34,712 nt of DNA from Dicyema japonicum (GCA_011109175.1 RDEW01000153.1:1-34712), one strand, 5' to 3'. Shown: positions 21,595-33,691, numbered from the stretch's first letter. Notes: generated from the letters alone by a model not told the origin. Translations and numbers: made by a program.

Positions 21595-23261
21595 ACACTC
21601 GACCACCACGCACTTACTGACACTAACCCAATACATCTCCAACGGTTTCAACAACTGCAAACCCCCAGAACGAACTGTCTTGGCCTCTATTGACCTAACT
21701 AAAGCTTTCGACAGAATCTCCCGTGTGGTCCTCTACAACAAGATCTATTCTACAAATATTCCTTCTGTATGGAAGTCATGGCTCACAAATTTCCTCTCGG
21801 GAAGACTGGGCCATACGTGTCTATATTCAAATCTATCAAGATATCGACTCCTACCAAACGGTGTTCCCCAGTGATCAGTCCTTTCACCCTCACTTTTCAA
21901 CCTTTACGTCAAAGATATCCCAACAACCCAAAATACGTTACTATTGACATATGCCGATGATCTAGTAATCGCATCCAGGAGTGGCGATGTTCGACTGGCC
22001 ACCGAAAAAGTGCAGTACCACCTGAACTTGCTATCCGACTGGATGAACTTAAACTGGATGAGTGTTTCCACCTCGAAGTCATCAGCTACCCTGTTCACAA
22101 CCGATCGAAGACAATTCAACCTAAACCCCACACTCTCGTTGGGAGACGAACCACTCCCCTTAAATAAATACCCGAAGATCCTTGGAGTTGTCTTCGATCC
22201 TTCACTCTGTTTCAACAGACAAGTGGAGGAAGTAATGACAAAAGCCAAGCGGAAACTTAACATATTACGGGCAGTAGCTGGCTACTCAAACGGTCAGCAA
22301 AAAGAAAACTTAACTCTTCTCTACAAACAGTTCATCAGGACTACACTCAACTATGCCTCACCAAGTTGGGCCCCCTCAATCTCCTTGTCCCTTTCTCAAG
22401 AACTGCAGAAAGTGCAAAACTCGGCGCTGAGAATAATAACTGGCTGCTTAAAGTCAACCCCCACCGACCATTTACATTGGGAGTCGAAAATCCTCCCGCT
22501 CTATGACCACCTGAAAATGCGTAATTTACAATTCCTACGGCAGTCGTTCGACCCGAATCACCCAGTTCACGCTCTGCTAAGTAACAATAACCGCAGATAC
22601 ATACCAGGACCCTCTTTGACCTACAAAGAGCCTTGTCGAAGATCACCCCCCCTCAAGAAGACTCAACTTGGACCCGCCGAATCCATGATTTCATCTCGAC
22701 ACGGGCCATTAGGACAATTCAATATAACAAAGTCTTGGAGCGCTTCCCCCCTGATATCAGTCCAACGGAACAATCGCTCCCGAAGAAGATCAGAATCGGA
22801 CTGGCTCGCCTACGATGTGGACACCACACTTTCCTGGCTGGCAGAGTAGTTCGGGACCTTTTTCCCTGCCCTGGACCACCGGATGCAAAAGTCTAGGATC
22901 TCTGGGAGCGGCCTGTCCGGACTGCACGCTCTCTGATGGTCGCCGGCTTCCCACTTGCTGGCGAAGCCGGGGTTAATAATTTAATTTAATTAAAATGGAG
23001 ATGTTTGGCACGTGCTTAGAATGAACATAAACGCCTCTGCATAACAATTACATTAACAATGAGAACAAACCATCGTCAGAGGAGGGCCTAAAGTCACTAT
23101 TCCTTTGGCTCTAAACAAGGATCTTAATTGAATTGGAATAAAACTTAAATGTGTGGCATACCTAGAAGATCTACGAACCGATGCACACAGAAGAGACTGA
23201 GGTAGACGCCTAGTGAAAAAAATTTCGAAACGTGTAGCATAAATGGTTCCTTGTTTATTTA

Positions 23262-23463
23262 CTTAACTACCCAAGACCACTGTAAAACCAAACTAATTAT
23301 CTCGTGATCCCGATTCATTCTAAAAGCGACCTCATTTTTTCTTCACTCGTTCCCGCACATAACAGCAAAAGACTGAATTTTCAGGGACACATTCCCGTCA
23401 TCTGGAGTCTAGTCTCATAAGGTCCTCCAGAGGCGTTGGTCCGGTTAGGTGATCTTCACAAAT
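23262..23463 (-). mobile_element. ~200-bp 5'-truncated copy of the LINE 3' end at 18892-19090
   Basis: High nucleotide similarity by eye, from TTAACTACCCAAGACCAC to CTTCACAAATC. Confidence 0.9.
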
Positions 23464-24130
23464 CAAAAGTACAGGCTGGAATGGACGAGCTAGATGGAGA
23501 CTATGGACTCATTTTACTACCAACGTCATCAAGACACTATGGACAGGTATTTGACGTGAACAAGAAACTTGTTAGTGGGATACGTCGGTGTTGGAGTGTG
23601 AACGACAGAATCAGCATACTCAAAACGAGTTGGGGTCAAACGCACGTCGAGGAGCCTTATATCTCAATTATAAATGTTTATGCACCCCACAGTGGACGGG
23701 TCGCCAAAGATTCGGACGAACTTGACGCTTTCTACGTGCAGCTGTGGAGGACATATGGCAAACTGGAACCGTCTTTCTAGTTTTCATTGCCGGAGACTAG
23801 AAAGGTAATGAAGGAGTACGTCAGGAACATGAAGCGACTATCGGAAGACACGGAAGATGGATCAGGAACCTGCCGGGGGCTGTGCTGATAAATTTCTGCA
23901 GGGGATTTAATCTATTCCTGTGTAACAATGTGTTTGCAAATGCTGCACGATATAAGACTACCTGGTCGAGCTGCAGAATAAATGAATCTGGGGGCCATGT
24001 GATGATTTACAATCAGATTGATTACATTCTTTGCCGACAGAAAGATAGAACACTATTACAGGACTTGAGGTCATACGGAGGTGCCGTCGTAGAAAGCGAC
24101 CACAAGATCGTCGTGGACCTGTTTGACATT
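23464..24130 (+). mobile_element. RTE-family APE endonuclease fragment
   Basis: WSVNDRISIL, NVYAPHSGRVAKDSDELDAFY, YNQIDYILCR, SDHKIV; homologous to 12.5-13.2 kb. Contains stops and frameshifts. Confidence 0.88.
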
Positions 24131-24300
24131 ACAAGTCGCTTTATACGCACTTCATGTACAAAGCCATCTCAGTTCATACGGAGAGAATACCTAGTCGAGA
24201 GATTATGTTTTTCACAGTTCACTCGAAAAATCTATCNTCATAATTTTCTTTTAAAAATCTATGAATTTTAATTCTTGAAAATAAAAAAAATTAACAATAA

Positions 24301-25495
24301 TTAAGAGAAAACACCACTACCAGTCCAATTATCAACAGCACTTATATTTTGAACCTCTGTGATATGATAACAATTTTCAAGACACGCATTACGGTCGCCA
24401 ACGGCGACAACCCCGATAATCCAAGGTCTGTATCCTTCAGTTATGAGCATATCATTGCAAAAAAGATTAGCATTTTCTCCTGATATTACAATTAAAAGAC
24501 CTCCTATCAATAAATATTGCTAAAACCATTAACTTCGGAGATGGAACCAGGCTGAACATTATTAAACCAATCCATAGCTTTGCCAATTTTAGCCGTATTT
24601 GCAATCATAGGAAAACTATAAAAATGAAAATTGACGGCATTTTTTTGAATCAAAGCTAAATCTTGAGCGTGACCAATAAGACCCCTTTCAGAGATAGTAA
24701 CTGCTGCTTTGGCAGAATATTTTTTCATGAGAGTGGCAGCTAAAAAGTCATTTAATTACTTTTAAACCAGATTTATTTAGTCTTGTCATTGATTGAATAG
24801 CAACGTTATACGCGTTTGTTACTTCACTCGTAGTGGTGAATTTAAGCAATGAGACAGAATTCTTAGGATCATTTAAACATTGAAAAGCTTTAACTGCAAT
24901 CTCAGTTCCCAAAGGTTTTGTTAAAATCAACACATCTCCAGTATCTGAATTATATGGACTAAAAAATTTTATTTAAAATTACTAAATAATCTCATTTTCG
25001 GAACAAATAGAAGTAGCTGATCCACCCAATGTAACCCATGGATTCAAAACTGTTTGTCCCCCATTAACCTCAGCTCCAGCAACTCTTGCTTGATCTTTAA
25101 ATCCTTTAAAAATGCTCTTAGAAACAACGTCTTTATCTTTTTCAGACAAATTAGTGCTTAGTCCGAAGAACATGAGAATATTTTGACACTCTGTTATTCC
25201 ATATGAGTATATATCGCTTAAAACACATGAACATGCAATTCTCCCCATGATGTAAGGATCATCAACCATTGGATAAACTATTTCAGTAGTTTGAATCATA
25301 ATAATTGCTCCATTTCTTAAGCTAGTAAGAGTACAACCCCCTATATTTGATAAACTAAATTTTACCATGCACTGTAGAAGGACCAGTATTTTTTGTCTTA
25401 AGATTTTCCCTTATTTTTCTAATAATGGCTAGGTAAGAAGGAGTAATATGATCTTTATGAGATGCAAGGGCTGTCAATTTAAAATCAAGTGACAT
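24301..25495 (-). CDS. SEPHS: Selenophosphate synthetase (SelD/SPS/SEPHS) homologue, 364 aa, catalytic residues degenerate
   Basis: Exons 25495-25366, 25340-24983, 24958-24768, 24739-24527, 24503-24301 (1095 nt, all phases consistent, no internal stop). GT-AG introns of 25, 24, 28 and 23 nt. Motifs YPMVDDPYIMGRIAC, LSDIY, GGQTVLNPW, GDVLILTKPLGT, GHAQ, GGLL. Confidence 0.93.
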
Positions 25496-25689
25496 GAAAT
25501 CAGATTCCAAATTTTGAGATAGAAAAAACAACCAAAGTATTGGATTTTAATTAAATTAAAAAAAACAAATTATTATAATAAATATATAAAATTATTAAAA
25601 TAATTTAATTAAATTGGAACGGGAGTCTCTGATCTTTCTGCCTCTTTTTTTGCCACTTGCAAAAATTCTTTTAAAGAGTCATGCTCAGC

Positions 25690-26270
25690 GACATCACCCA
25701 TTTATCAATTTATCAATATCAAAACTTTCGACCACAGCATTCCACTACTACTCACTTTACTAAATTGACTGACTTTATCGCCGACGGATTCAATAACCAT
25801 AAACCACCTCTCCGAACTGTTCTTGCATCTATCGAAATAAGCAAAGTTTTTAATAGAACTTCAAGACATCTCCAAGAGAATTATTAGAGATATTCCTTAG
25901 TTCCTTTTCTACGATTAATTTTTCAGAGATATTTCTTAGTTTTTTTCTACTATTAGTTATCATAACTGTTTTTAATAAATTATGTGTCCTGCGTGTATGG
26001 AGGTATAAGAATTATTGCTCTCGCGAAAAGAGTTGTGTTTTTTGCAGAATTGGCTAACGTCTTTCATGTCTGGTAGAATGAGCAGGACTCTTGTTACCAA
26101 ATGGAGTTATACGAAACTCTGTCTTCTCTCCCGCATTATTTAACCTTCATTTATATTACTGGGAGACAAGAAACTCTTACTCTCTCACGCAAAAGATCAA
26201 ATAATTGGTCAAGACGAAACAACATTCCAGAAGCCTCGACGATGCTACATGACGTCTTGATATTTTAACA
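25690..26270 (+). mobile_element. Decayed Vingi-like RT fragments
   Basis: QNFRPQHSTTTHFTKLTDFIADGFNNHKPPLRTVLASIEISKVF, and NGV...SVFSPALFNL at ~26100. Confidence 0.75.
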
Positions 26271-27272
26271 TCATGGCCGTGCGGTCTTTGGTTGGTTGGA
26301 GCGAGTCTGGGCGGCTCCAATTAGACAGGAAATCTAGCAGCCTCAAGTCCACAAGCAATAACTCAGTTGATTGCGGCGTGTCTTGGACTTCTTCCAGCAC
26401 TCCTTCGGCAGGAAAAAGCGTGAAAACCTTTCGCGCCTACCATTCTTCCACATCTAGAGCGATGGATCGTGAAAACATCTATTCCGAGGTGAACGGAAAC
26501 CCTAATTCTCGTCGCGTCGTCATCCAATAGTGTCACAAGTGAGATGCATGGTAATGCTCTGAGCCAGACACCACTTTCGATGAGATGCAGAAGCTTGACG
26601 ATGCTGATCAAGCACAGGTTTTATCTTATCTATAATCTTTGAGCATAGAAGCTTGTCCTATTCTCGTTGTTTATTAGCGTTCTTCGGAATCCCAGACTCA
26701 GTCATGTCCAGACGTCCCGAGCCATGGATGCCACAGGTTCAGCGTCCGATCTGTTAATGTAGCGTAGGATCTGGCGCGTGAGACCACTAAAAGCATATGT
26801 CGAAGATAGAAAGGCAGGGAGGGCGAGTTCTAGTGGTAGCGTATTCCGATTCCTCAATAGCGAACGGGTAGTTTGCATTGGATCCAGCCAGTTTTATCAA
26901 AAGAAATGTTGAGTATTTCTTCAACGGCAGTTTTCAGTTTCTCGTCAATGGCTCTTAAGAAGTTCATATCAGTAAAACACGGGGCTGTCCGTAGAAGAAA
27001 AAGGAGTGGCGTAAGGTTAATATTCCTTAGCAATAATAAAGACGTGTGGGAGTCCAGGGTTTTTAAATCTAATGTGAAACATTGAAAGGATGCATTTTTT
27101 TCTTTCTGGAGAATTGACACATTACTTTCGTATAGAGGAGAGCCAAGAAAAATTGCGTTTTCGAATCGGGTGACCGAGACATCCCGGAGATAAGTAAAAT
27201 TTGCCACTGCACAATCAAATTCGACCTCTCAGCAAACAACATTTATGATTTCACATCTATGCGGATTCGGTT
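26270..27272 (-). mobile_element. CRE-like retrotransposon, post-RT region to CCHC knuckle, cut by the gap
   Basis: FLGSPL...SLLLLRN..LLFLLRTAPC...W.QCKLPVRY*GIGIR; SGVWLRALP...LLDD..RI.V..HLG...RCG.MVGAKGFHAFSC..SAGR.PRHAAIN. Confidence 0.85.
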
Positions 27273-28209
27273 NNNNNNNNNNNNNNNNNNNNNNNNNNNN
27301 NNNNNNNNNNNNNNNNNNNNNNNNNNNNNNNNNNNNNNNNNNNNNNNNNNNNNNNNNNNNNNNNNNNNNNNNNNNNNNNNNNNNNNNNNNNNNNNNNNNN
27401 NNNNNNNNNNNNNNNNNNNNNNNNNNNNNNNNNNNNNNNNNNNNNNNNNNNNNNNNNNNNNNNNNNNNNNNNNNNNNNNNNNNNNNNNNNNNNNNNNNNN
27501 NNNNNNNNNNNNNNNNNNNNNNNNNNNNNNNNNNNNNNNNNNNNNNNNNNNNNNNNNNNNNNNNNNNNNNNNNNNNNNNNNNNNNNNNNNNNNNNNNNNN
27601 NNNNNNNNNNNNNNNNNNNNNNNNNNNNNNNNNNNNNNNNNNNNNNNNNNNNNNNNNNNNNNNNNNNNNNNNNNNNNNNNNNNNNNNNNNNNNNNNNNNN
27701 NNNNNNNNNNNNNNNNNNNNNNNNNNNNNNNNNNNNNNNNNNNNNNNNNNNNNNNNNNNNNNNNNNNNNNNNNNNNNNNNNNNNNNNNNNNNNNNNNNNN
27801 NNNNNNNNNNNNNNNNNNNNNNNNNNNNNNNNNNNNNNNNNNNNNNNNNNNNNNNNNNNNNNNNNNNNNNNNNNNNNNNNNNNNNNNNNNNNNNNNNNNN
27901 NNNNNNNNNNNNNNNNNNNNNNNNNNNNNNNNNNNNNNNNNNNNNNNNNNNNNNNNNNNNNNNNNNNNNNNNNNNNNNNNNNNNNNNNNNNNNNNNNNNN
28001 NNNNNNNNNNNNNNNNNNNNNNNNNNNNNNNNNNNNNNNNNNNNNNNNNNNNNNNNNNNNNNNNNNNNNNNNNNNNNNNNNNNNNNNNNNNNNNNNNNNN
28101 NNNNNNNNNNNNNNNNNNNNNNNNNNNNNNNNNNNNNNNNNNNNNNNNNNNNNNNNNNNNNNNNNNNNNNNNNNNNNNNNNNNNNNNNNNNNNNNNNNNN
28201 NNNNNNNNN
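27273..28209. other. Assembly gap (937 N)
   Basis: Run of N. ORF calls spanning it are artefacts. Confidence 1.
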
Positions 28210-28339
28210 AAACTTCAACTTGGAACGATGTTCATCCCTCGAGCACATAAAAGCACGTAACTGGATCTTCGTAGTCGCAACGACACGTTCCTCTGTTTTA
28301 CGTATTAAGTATTCCATAGGCATTGGAGACTAAACATTC

Positions 28340-29830
28340 GAAAAGTCCATCGTATGATATCTTCGCTATTTCCTAGTAGTGAGCCAAATTTCTTTATGTG
28401 TCTCCATTTTTCTTCGAGTGAGTTGTTCATTCTTCTTATCTCTGTTCGTTCTGTTTTTTCCCTGTTCACGGTGAGAAACCATTTCTCAAGTATATCTGGT
28501 GCTCTTTCTAGTACATGCTCCAGGAGTTCTTTGTCTTCAGAAATTATGGTCGACATCATCAGCATAAATCACTTCTTCTATTTTTCCTTGATATAATTGT
28601 CTCAGTTCCCTCATAGCGGCCTCCAAGTATATTGTGAATAGTAGGGGAGAGAGGGAGTCTCCTTGAGGAGTGCCTGTGTTTGTTTCAAATTTTCTTGAGT
28701 AGGTTTTTCCAACTCTCACAAAAAGCTCTGTGTTAGATAGAAGGATTTGAATCATTCGTAGACTCGATTCGTCAATAAACCCTTCCAGCACTGTCATCAA
28801 TTTTTTCCTGTTAACCGAGTCAAAGGCTTTTGATAGATTTATTCCCAGAATGTGAATGGCATTGCAATATCTTTGATGTGTTGCACATTTCCATCTGTGA
28901 CTCCAGACTACATCAGCTGTTGATCTTCCTTCTCTGAACCCACTTTGACTTTCGGGTAGGTATTCATAAGGGGGTCTTTTTGTTCGTTCCAGTACAATGT
29001 TAGCTAAGACTTTCCGTAGAGAATTTGATAATATAATAGGTCGTAAGTTTTCAACCGATCCTTTGGGTTTATTGGGTTTTTGTATAGGTATTAGTAATCC
29101 CGTTCCCAGGNTTCCAATACAATGTTAGCTAAGACTTTCCGTAGAGAATTTGATAATATAATAGGTCGTAAGTTTTCAACCGATCCTTTGGGTTTATTGG
29201 GTTTTTGTATAGGTATTAGTAATCCCGTTCCCAGGGGCAAGGTTGAGTTAGTTGAAAACATTTCATTTAGTAGTGTAGCGATTTTTTTCAAAAAGGGGGT
29301 CAGGCCCGTATTTCAGTAATTCTGGGTTTATCGTATCTGGTCCAGGGCTTCTGTTATTTTTTAGTTTTTGACATGCTGTTTTTACTTCCAAAATTGAAAT
29401 TGGTTCTTTTAAAGGTATAGGCTTTCCTTTGAATGGGGGGATTGCTGTAGCCACATTAAAAAGTTTCTCAAAACTGTTGTAATTACCTCCGCTTGTTCTT
29501 CAGTATTCAGTAATGTCTTGCCATTTTTGTCTTTGATGATTATTTGTTCCTTCCGGTTTGTGTGGCGTAGTAAACGAGCGGCCATATACATTTCTGAATT
29601 ATCCTTTAGTTTGGATACTTCATTGATTTTACGAAGAAGTTCTTCTTGGTGAAATGTCTGGTTCAGTCTCCTGATTTTTCTACGGATTTGGCCCTCTGCC
29701 CCTGAAGGACTTTCCTCTTGTTATAGTCTTTTTCGATTAGTTTTTTTTGTATGGATTTCCTTTAACTCCTTTTCTAATTCCTTTACAAGTTCAGTATGTG
29801 TCGTCAAATCTTGACTGGCCATCTCCCGCG
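28340..29830 (-). mobile_element. Second RTE-family copy (RT region), diverged from the 10.4-kb copy and frameshifted
   Basis: KLKNNRSPGPD.INPELLKYG, RPIILSNSLRKVLANIVLE, GTPQGDSLSPLLFTIYLEAAMREL, YADD. A 124-bp duplication flanks the N at 29111. Confidence 0.92.
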
Positions 29831-30141
29831 TGCCGAGGTAGTTTCTTTATAACGCAATATTTCCACTTTTTGAGCAATTGAATGTATGGTGTAGCCTCCA
29901 ACAAAAACATTCCGACCTATGCTTGCTTTAAATTATTTCAATTTTTAAAAATATTTTAAAAAAATAGAAAAACTCGATTAAAATGACAAATTAAAGAGTG
30001 GCATATTTGAGAGTTTACTGTATTATAAATTTCACGTAAATTCAATCCGTCGTCTTCAAAAGACGTTGGAGAGTATGTTTGGTTGAGTTAAATACCAAGT
30101 ATCCACTATCGAGAACTTTGTTGCAGTAACCAATCACTTAA

Positions 30142-30338
30142 TTGAACTTAAAACTCAGTTGAGAACGGTGGCGAAGAGGAAACGGAGAAATATCAGGTAT
30201 CAGCTCCCCCAAGAAGAGAAAGGTCCAGGTGGAAGAACTTGGTTGAACTTAAAACTCAGTTGAGAACGGTGGCGAAGAGGAAACGGAGAAATATCAGGTA
30301 TCAGCTCCCCTAAGAAGAGAAAGGTCCAGGTGGAAGAA
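30142..30338. repeat. ~96-bp tandem duplication (101-bp period)
   Basis: TTGAACTTAAAACTCAG...GGTGGAAGAA at 30142 and 30243, with one substitution (CCCCCAAG vs CCCCTAAG). Confidence 0.92.
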
Positions 30339-30594
30339 GCGAGTCATAATGATAATTTAATTGCGTCGAATGTATATTAAAAAAATCTGCGTGCGATACC
30401 TTTTTTATAATCAGAATAAAATATTCACCGTACTGAATAATCCAGCCACTTTCTCGGTATTTGGGATAACTAAATTCGGGCCTAACTGGGTATTCCCGAT
30501 GATATGAACCAATTAATTTATCCTAAAGCTGATTATAAATAGCAAACTATTAAATAATCAGTAAAACACCAAATAAACCCATTTTAGAACTAAA

Positions 30595-31510
30595 CTAAGA
30601 GTAACAATGATCAGATAATTTCACGTTTGCTAGAAGCGTGTAAAGTGGAAAATAATTGCATTGATAGAGGCTCAGTCTTATTTTATTATCCAAAAGTCCG
30701 ATTCCTTCGGGAGTGTACATTGAGAATAGTACTTGTTCGTCAGTCGCCATCAGTTTCAGAGATAACAATTTAAAAAAAAACCTTTCGTAATTATCACAAA
30801 ATTTGTACATTAGGTCAACATGACCTATAAATATAGCTCCAGATACCCAAACTCTTGCATTTTTTATGACACTTTAGATAGGATATTCTCTATATTTTTT
30901 ACTTGACTCATAGTGACACGTGCATCGTACACGTATTTTGTTTTTTCAGTTTATACATTTTTGTAGTTTTCACGTTACGGAAAAGACCGACATCAACCCA
31001 GGCGACGTATGAGAAGTTATGGGAGAACATTACAATTGCTCGTCTCAAAATATCGTGTTTGGAATACATGACGGCGGAGTAATTATAATTTCCAGTTTCT
31101 TCAGGATGCACGCCAAATCCAGGAAGTGTGAAAATTTGCTTTATTTCTTCAATTTTTTTAAACCCAATCAATTCTGACCTGTTTAAGTTAATTAAAGTGG
31201 TAGGAAGGTTTTTTCTAATCTTACCCATGTATCTGAGGATTTTCTTGTCGTCTGAGAAAAATACAAGATGGTTTTCATTGAAGGCAAATTTTCTCATAAA
31301 CATAAAATACTCTTGAGGTTTACGAAACCCACCTGGTTTCATAAAACCTCCTATATTATAGTATCCACTGACTAATAAGATATCTTGTTGGAAGCTCTGT
31401 CATTTGTCTAAATATTATGAACTCTTTACATAGATTTTCCACAACAATATACAAATAACGATCAAACAAAGCAAAAAAATGATATTTTTTCTGATATGTC
31501 TAATACCCAT
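30595..31510 (-). pseudogene. HtrL/YibB (WlaTC-like) family type II membrane glycosyltransferase-like gene, frameshifted
   Basis: N-terminal TM anchor MGIRHIRKNIIFLLCLIVICILLWKIY, then a 33-nt intron (31397-31429), then LLVSGYYNIG...EYFMFM...LVFFSD...HPE..NYNYSAVMYSK...WVDVG.FR...RV..SQV...VWVSGAIFIG...ATDEQVLFSMY. Two apparent frameshifts near A-runs (~30890-30945) and one TAA. Confidence 0.65.
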
Positions 31511-31639
31511 GTGAATTTTATTTTTATTAACGATGAATAATTTATTTATATCAGAGTTGATTATGACATACATATTTTTTTTTCTTTTATTTCAAAATTT
31601 ATTAACAATAAAATATTATTTACTAACTAAGGGGAAGAG

Positions 31640-32375
31640 CGGCTGCTGACATCACGGAGTAAGCGTTTCCGCGAACAACTGCGATACCAATTCTTTGCCT
31701 CAGCCAGACCGCTTTCCGCACGTCTTTCTTGCGGTGGGCCAATTTTCCCTCTATTTCATTTAGGAAAGAGGCTGTAATACTTTCGGCTGCACCAGACGTC
31801 TCGATTGCTACCGGTACATAACGTTAGCGGTCTCCAATTTCACCATATTTTTTNCGCGAACAACTGCGATACCAATTCTTTGCCTCAGCCAGACCGCTTC
31901 CCGCACGTCTTTCTTGCGGTGGGCCAATTTTCCCCCGATTTCCTTTAGGAAAGAGGCTGTAATACTTCCAGCCGCACCAGACGTCTCGATTGCTACCGGT
32001 ACAAAACGGTAGCGGTCTCCAATTTCGCCACATTTTTTAATCTTGATTTTCTCGGCCAGATCGGGTGCCGATCCAGCAGACTGCGAGAGCTGAGCATCAT
32101 CGAGTTCGAAAAAGAATCCAAACAGTACAGTCCCATACGAGCGATTTTCCCTCAGTGAACGGAAAGATAATTAACCCATCCGGTCTTTTCCCATCTCCGC
32201 GATCCAATCCCACAGGTTCCAGTACGGGAAGCCTGCCGCTTCAAGGGCTCTCAAGACAATGTTGTTCATAGCAGCATGGCGGGGTGCTCTGCCCGCGCTC
32301 CTTTTGCACGAGAGCGGGTGCACCCTTTTGGCATCGACGATCCCTCCACAGCGACATTGGTGTTCGACGCATTTA
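31640..32375 (-). mobile_element. CRE-like RLE 3' portion with a duplicated terminal ~185 bp
   Basis: [33 protein letters not shown]; PVAIETSGAAG...LRQRIGIAVVR. The terminal segment is repeated on both sides of the N at 31854. Confidence 0.88.
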
Positions 32376-32595
32376 TTTAATTGATTTTTATTTTTTTAAA
32401 TTATTTGTTAGAAATATTTTAGGAATATTTATTTATTCCTGTTAAGTACCGGTTTCCTTGACTTGAAAAGACAGTAAGTAGGTGTTCCCTTGATTTCATA
32501 AGCGTTTTCATGGATAAAGTTTGTAACATCGGCTTGGAGTTTTTTTGTGAAAGTTCTTATGGAAGCTTATATTCTTAACAAAATGGGAGATGAAC

Positions 32596-33087
32596 CTACA
32601 TGCTTGATACTGCAAGTCGTCCTGAAATATGCTTGTTTTGCATTTTTGATGGGAGGACCCATGCACGCATTCTGAAAATGTTTTGACTTTGTATCTCCCA
32701 TTTTAACGGCAAGGAATGTGTATAACAGAAAAACCGATAAAAAGTGGAATAAAATTTCACACTAATTTCCCAATCAAATCGCCCTCGACATATTTGGAAG
32801 GTTATTCTAACAATCTCCCAATGGCAGAGTTGCCAATAGTCCNTCATTTCAAACATAACGTTCATCCACATCTCCAATTGTAGGAATCTCTCCAGTGGAT
32901 TAGAGAAACTAGAGATCCTTTCTGGATACTGACCAGCTATTGGCCTTTTCTCAAATAGGTGGTTAACTTGATGCCCCTTAGGATTTGACGTAAACAAAGA
33001 GAGAAAGAGATTTCTTCGACAAGGTAAACAGCGGAAAACATTTAATAATAAAAAAACACGAAAAAATCTTACTGACATTTTGGACAT
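32596..33087 (-). CDS. Hypothetical ORF (163 aa) with hydrophobic N-terminus; spans a single-N join
   Basis: Open frame bounded by AT-rich spacers; no recognisable family. May be chimeric across the N at 32843. Confidence 0.25.
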   Translation of the reverse strand: MSKMSVRFFRVFLLLNVFRCLPCRRNLFLSLFTSNPKGHQVNHLFEKRPIAGQYPERISSFSNPLERFLQLEMWMNVMFEMXDYWQLCHWEIVRITFQICRGRFDWEISVKFYSTFYRFFCYTHSLPLKWEIQSQNIFRMRAWVLPSKMQNKHISGRLAVSSM

Positions 33088-33691
33088 ACATTTTTGATAT
33101 ATTATATTAATTATCTATTATTTTAATAAATTTTTATTAAATTATTTAAAATGTGTTTTGTTGCATCTAGTGACGTTTATAAGTAATAAACATTGTTGTT
33201 AATTAGCATTTATTAACTAACTATTTGTTTTTATTTTACCATTTATAATATGAAATTGCAAAAATAGAGATTCTGAGTAAAGTTTCAGAAGTTCTACATA
33301 CGTGCATACAAAATTTTAAGTGCATATCGCTTTTCGGACATTTTTCTATTTTGGAAAGCAAGGATCATTAATTATTTCCTATTTGATCATATCTAACTAT
33401 ATAATACTAACCACGTGGCAAATAAATGTGTTAGGCTCTACTTTTTTATACGAATGAGTGATCGTCACCTTCTTTTCTGTTTCAGATTTGCATTAAACAG
33501 AGCATCATTGGACAGTGAATACCTCTGCAGTTTTCGGCATCGAATAGGTTATAGTGGAAGAAACTAATTTAAAAAATAATTAAAAAAATAATCCTCAAAA
33601 GGGATATCAAACATAAAGGTATATTATTCAATTCAGTTAACCGACAGCTATGTTGTTCACCTTATTCTTTAGACTGTATTTGTTGTGCTTG

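Larger units (their letters stand above)
19660..22985 (+). mobile_element. Near full-length Ingi/Vingi-like LINE (2A peptide + APE + RT, no RNase H), inactivated
   Basis: 2A motif, then APE (QLNING, LQES, NIYIPP, GDLNA, SPD, SDH), then RT (GPD, QHGFR, IDLTKAFD, GVPQ*SVLSP.LF, YADD, ILG). C-terminus LARLRCGH...LFPC...DLWERP. No RNase H seen. Stops at 20531-20533 and within PQG, several frameshifts, and a 104-bp internal duplication. Confidence 0.85.

Noticed and set aside
25440-25470. Hidden Sec (TGA) codon or extra intron in the SPS N-terminus
   Set aside because: No in-frame TGA is present. The pyrimidine-rich ...CCTAG looks like an acceptor but has no GT donor, and exon 1 is already open and in phase with exon 2.
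27229-28333. Three long ORFs (333-364 aa) in the track
   Set aside because: They are made almost entirely of translated Ns from the assembly gap.
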